Source of the DNA: Podarcis melisellensis
Taxonomy: Eukaryota
Length of the DNA stretch: 64,000 bases
Assembly (NCBI GenBank): GCA_964234715.1
Contig: OZ174280.1
Reading direction: 5' to 3' (one strand)
The notes below the pieces were generated by a model. It saw only the letters and a list, made by a program, of their open reading frames with translations, searched no databases and had not been told where the DNA came from. The position numbers were made by a program, and so were the translations under genes. Numbering within the stretch: position 1 is the first letter of the stretch; the number at the start of each line of letters is the position of its first letter. This document shows positions 62,201 through 64,000 of the stretch, one piece after another.

Positions 62201-62639
62201 GGTGAAGTAAAGAGGAATTATTTTTTATTATTATTTTTAAGGAAAAGCTCCCATGGCAGAGGTGTGTGACAAGGGAAGGTCGAAACACCTGTATTTCATT
62301 GAGGGCGACGTTTTGAATCCATTATATACCTTTTAAACGTGTGTTCTTGTAACTGTCTTGGGACTTTTGGGTGATGGAAGGATTGTAAATACCGCAGGGC
62401 CTGTAAGACAGAGTTGTTCCGCTTGGCCTTTGGCTTGGAGCCAATTTGATTCCCTCCCTCTCTTTCTTTTTTTCTTTCCTTCTCCTCCTGCGTTGAGGCT
62501 ACATTTTATTTTAATGTTGTAATATTTTAATGTTGTATTTTAATTTAGTTTTTAAGTTGTAATCATTCAACTTGTTTTTATTATTGCTTGTAAGCCGCTC
62601 TGAGCCCGGCCTTGGCTGGGGAGGGCGGGGTATAAATAA

Positions 62640-62685
<46 letters not shown>
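62640..62685. repeat. (ATT)n microsatellite, retroposon tail
   Basis: Direct reading. Confidence 0.95.
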
Positions 62686-62686
<1 letters not shown>

Positions 62687-64000
62687 AATTAATGATTATA
62701 AAACCAGTTAAAAGCAGGGATTAAAAATCATTAAAGAGATGGAGTTCCGGTGGGATGTCAATAAATAAATAAGCTTGCAGACCTCACGAAAACTGCCGCT
62801 CATCGGTCGTTAATCAAATCTATCCGCTGAGTTATGCAGACCTGCGTTACAAACAGCTGGCACTCTTGCTGTGTGGCAGATGCTGAGGTAGAGGCGCTAC
62901 ATATGCAGGAAGAAATCTCTTGGAGTTGGCACAACACTTTGGGCTTTTAATTATCAAAGTAATTATTCCGTCTCCGAATATGAATTTGCAAAGTATCCTA
63001 CACTCACAATAGATAAATTATATTTTAAAAGGTCATAAAATACAACGAGGAAACAAGGAAGATATCAGAAAAAACATAAATTTACTAATAAAATCTCTAA
63101 TTGTAGAGTTGGAAGGGATCTCAAGGGTCATCTAGTCCAAACTCTTGCAATGCAGGAATCTCAGCTAAAGCATCCATGGCAGATGGCCATCCAACCTCTG
63201 TCACATTTTAGTGCCTTTGAATCGCAACTGCAAAGACCCTTTCCCCAGATTGCTCACCTAGCCTAAGGGCAGTAGTACCCAAGAACCTCAGATTATTACT
63301 TTAACAGTCAAACAGGTTGGTGTGGGAGCAGGGAGTCTTTTGTGTGGATTAACAGCTGCATTTGGGCCAACTGAAGTTTCTTTGAAGTATCAGAGGCATC
63401 CCTACATACAACACATTGGAGCAGACTAATTGGATGTTGTCTGGGATAACTTGCCAAGGGGGTCAGGGCTGATGTTGGCAAAAGGCACATGGTGCCTCAG
63501 ATGCATATTGGTAATCAAGAGAGAGGTAGCTCTAAACTGCACCCTTAAGCTGCAAACTGGATCCTTTAGGGGAATTGGACTCTCATCATTGGCTGGGGTT
63601 GATGGGAGCAGGAGATCAAAAACATGAGGAGGACCAATAGTTCCTTAACCGTGTTTTAGGGGAAGTCACCTCACAGGTCAGGTAAGCACAAAACATGATG
63701 TGTACCTTACTATACTGACATGGTAGCAATTGTGGGGCCCAGGTCCAGCCCTCTATTTCCCATTACTTATTAGCATTCTCATGAAAACTGCTTACTGCAC
63801 TAGTTGAAACAGAAATGCTTCACTATTTTCAAATGAAGCAGCCTCTGGTGCCCAAAACACCTTTTATATAAGAAGTAAGTTGTCAACATTTCTTCTCCCA
63901 CACCTGTCCATGCATTTCTTTTACACCTATGCTTTGTGTGCCACTACTGTGTAATATCTGGCAATGGTGGCTGCTGAAAGCCTCAATATTGCTGCTGCCT

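Noticed and set aside
61472-62288. Overlapping ORFs up to 169 aa
   Set aside because: Stop-poor GC-rich CpG island; only the 51-nt exon 1 is supported

Overview
Vertebrate genomic DNA, most likely from a squamate (Sauria SINEs, lacertid-type MITEs). Two genes lie tail-to-tail: the 3' 11 coding exons of SLC5A9/SGLT4 (+, 3080-19698, exons 1-3 outside the window) and a complete 13-exon SPATA6 (-, ATG 61847 to stop 34896, 1470-nt CDS, 489 aa) with a CpG-island promoter. The main finding is that ~20.3-59.5 kb (the intergenic space and almost every SPATA6 intron) is packed with about 20 or more decayed endogenous bornavirus-like elements (N, M, G, L, possibly P/X). All have viral coding sense on the minus strand. 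They are mutually dissimilar and show two gene orders (M-G/G-L and G-M-L), suggesting repeated independent captures into one testis-gene locus with MYB/RFX motifs at its promoter: a candidate piRNA-cluster-like viral archive. Viral homologies were found by hand-translation against Borna disease virus 1 (BoDV-1) proteins recalled from memory. No search was run, element boundaries are approximate (about +/-50-100 nt), and all need tBLASTn/HMM confirmation.
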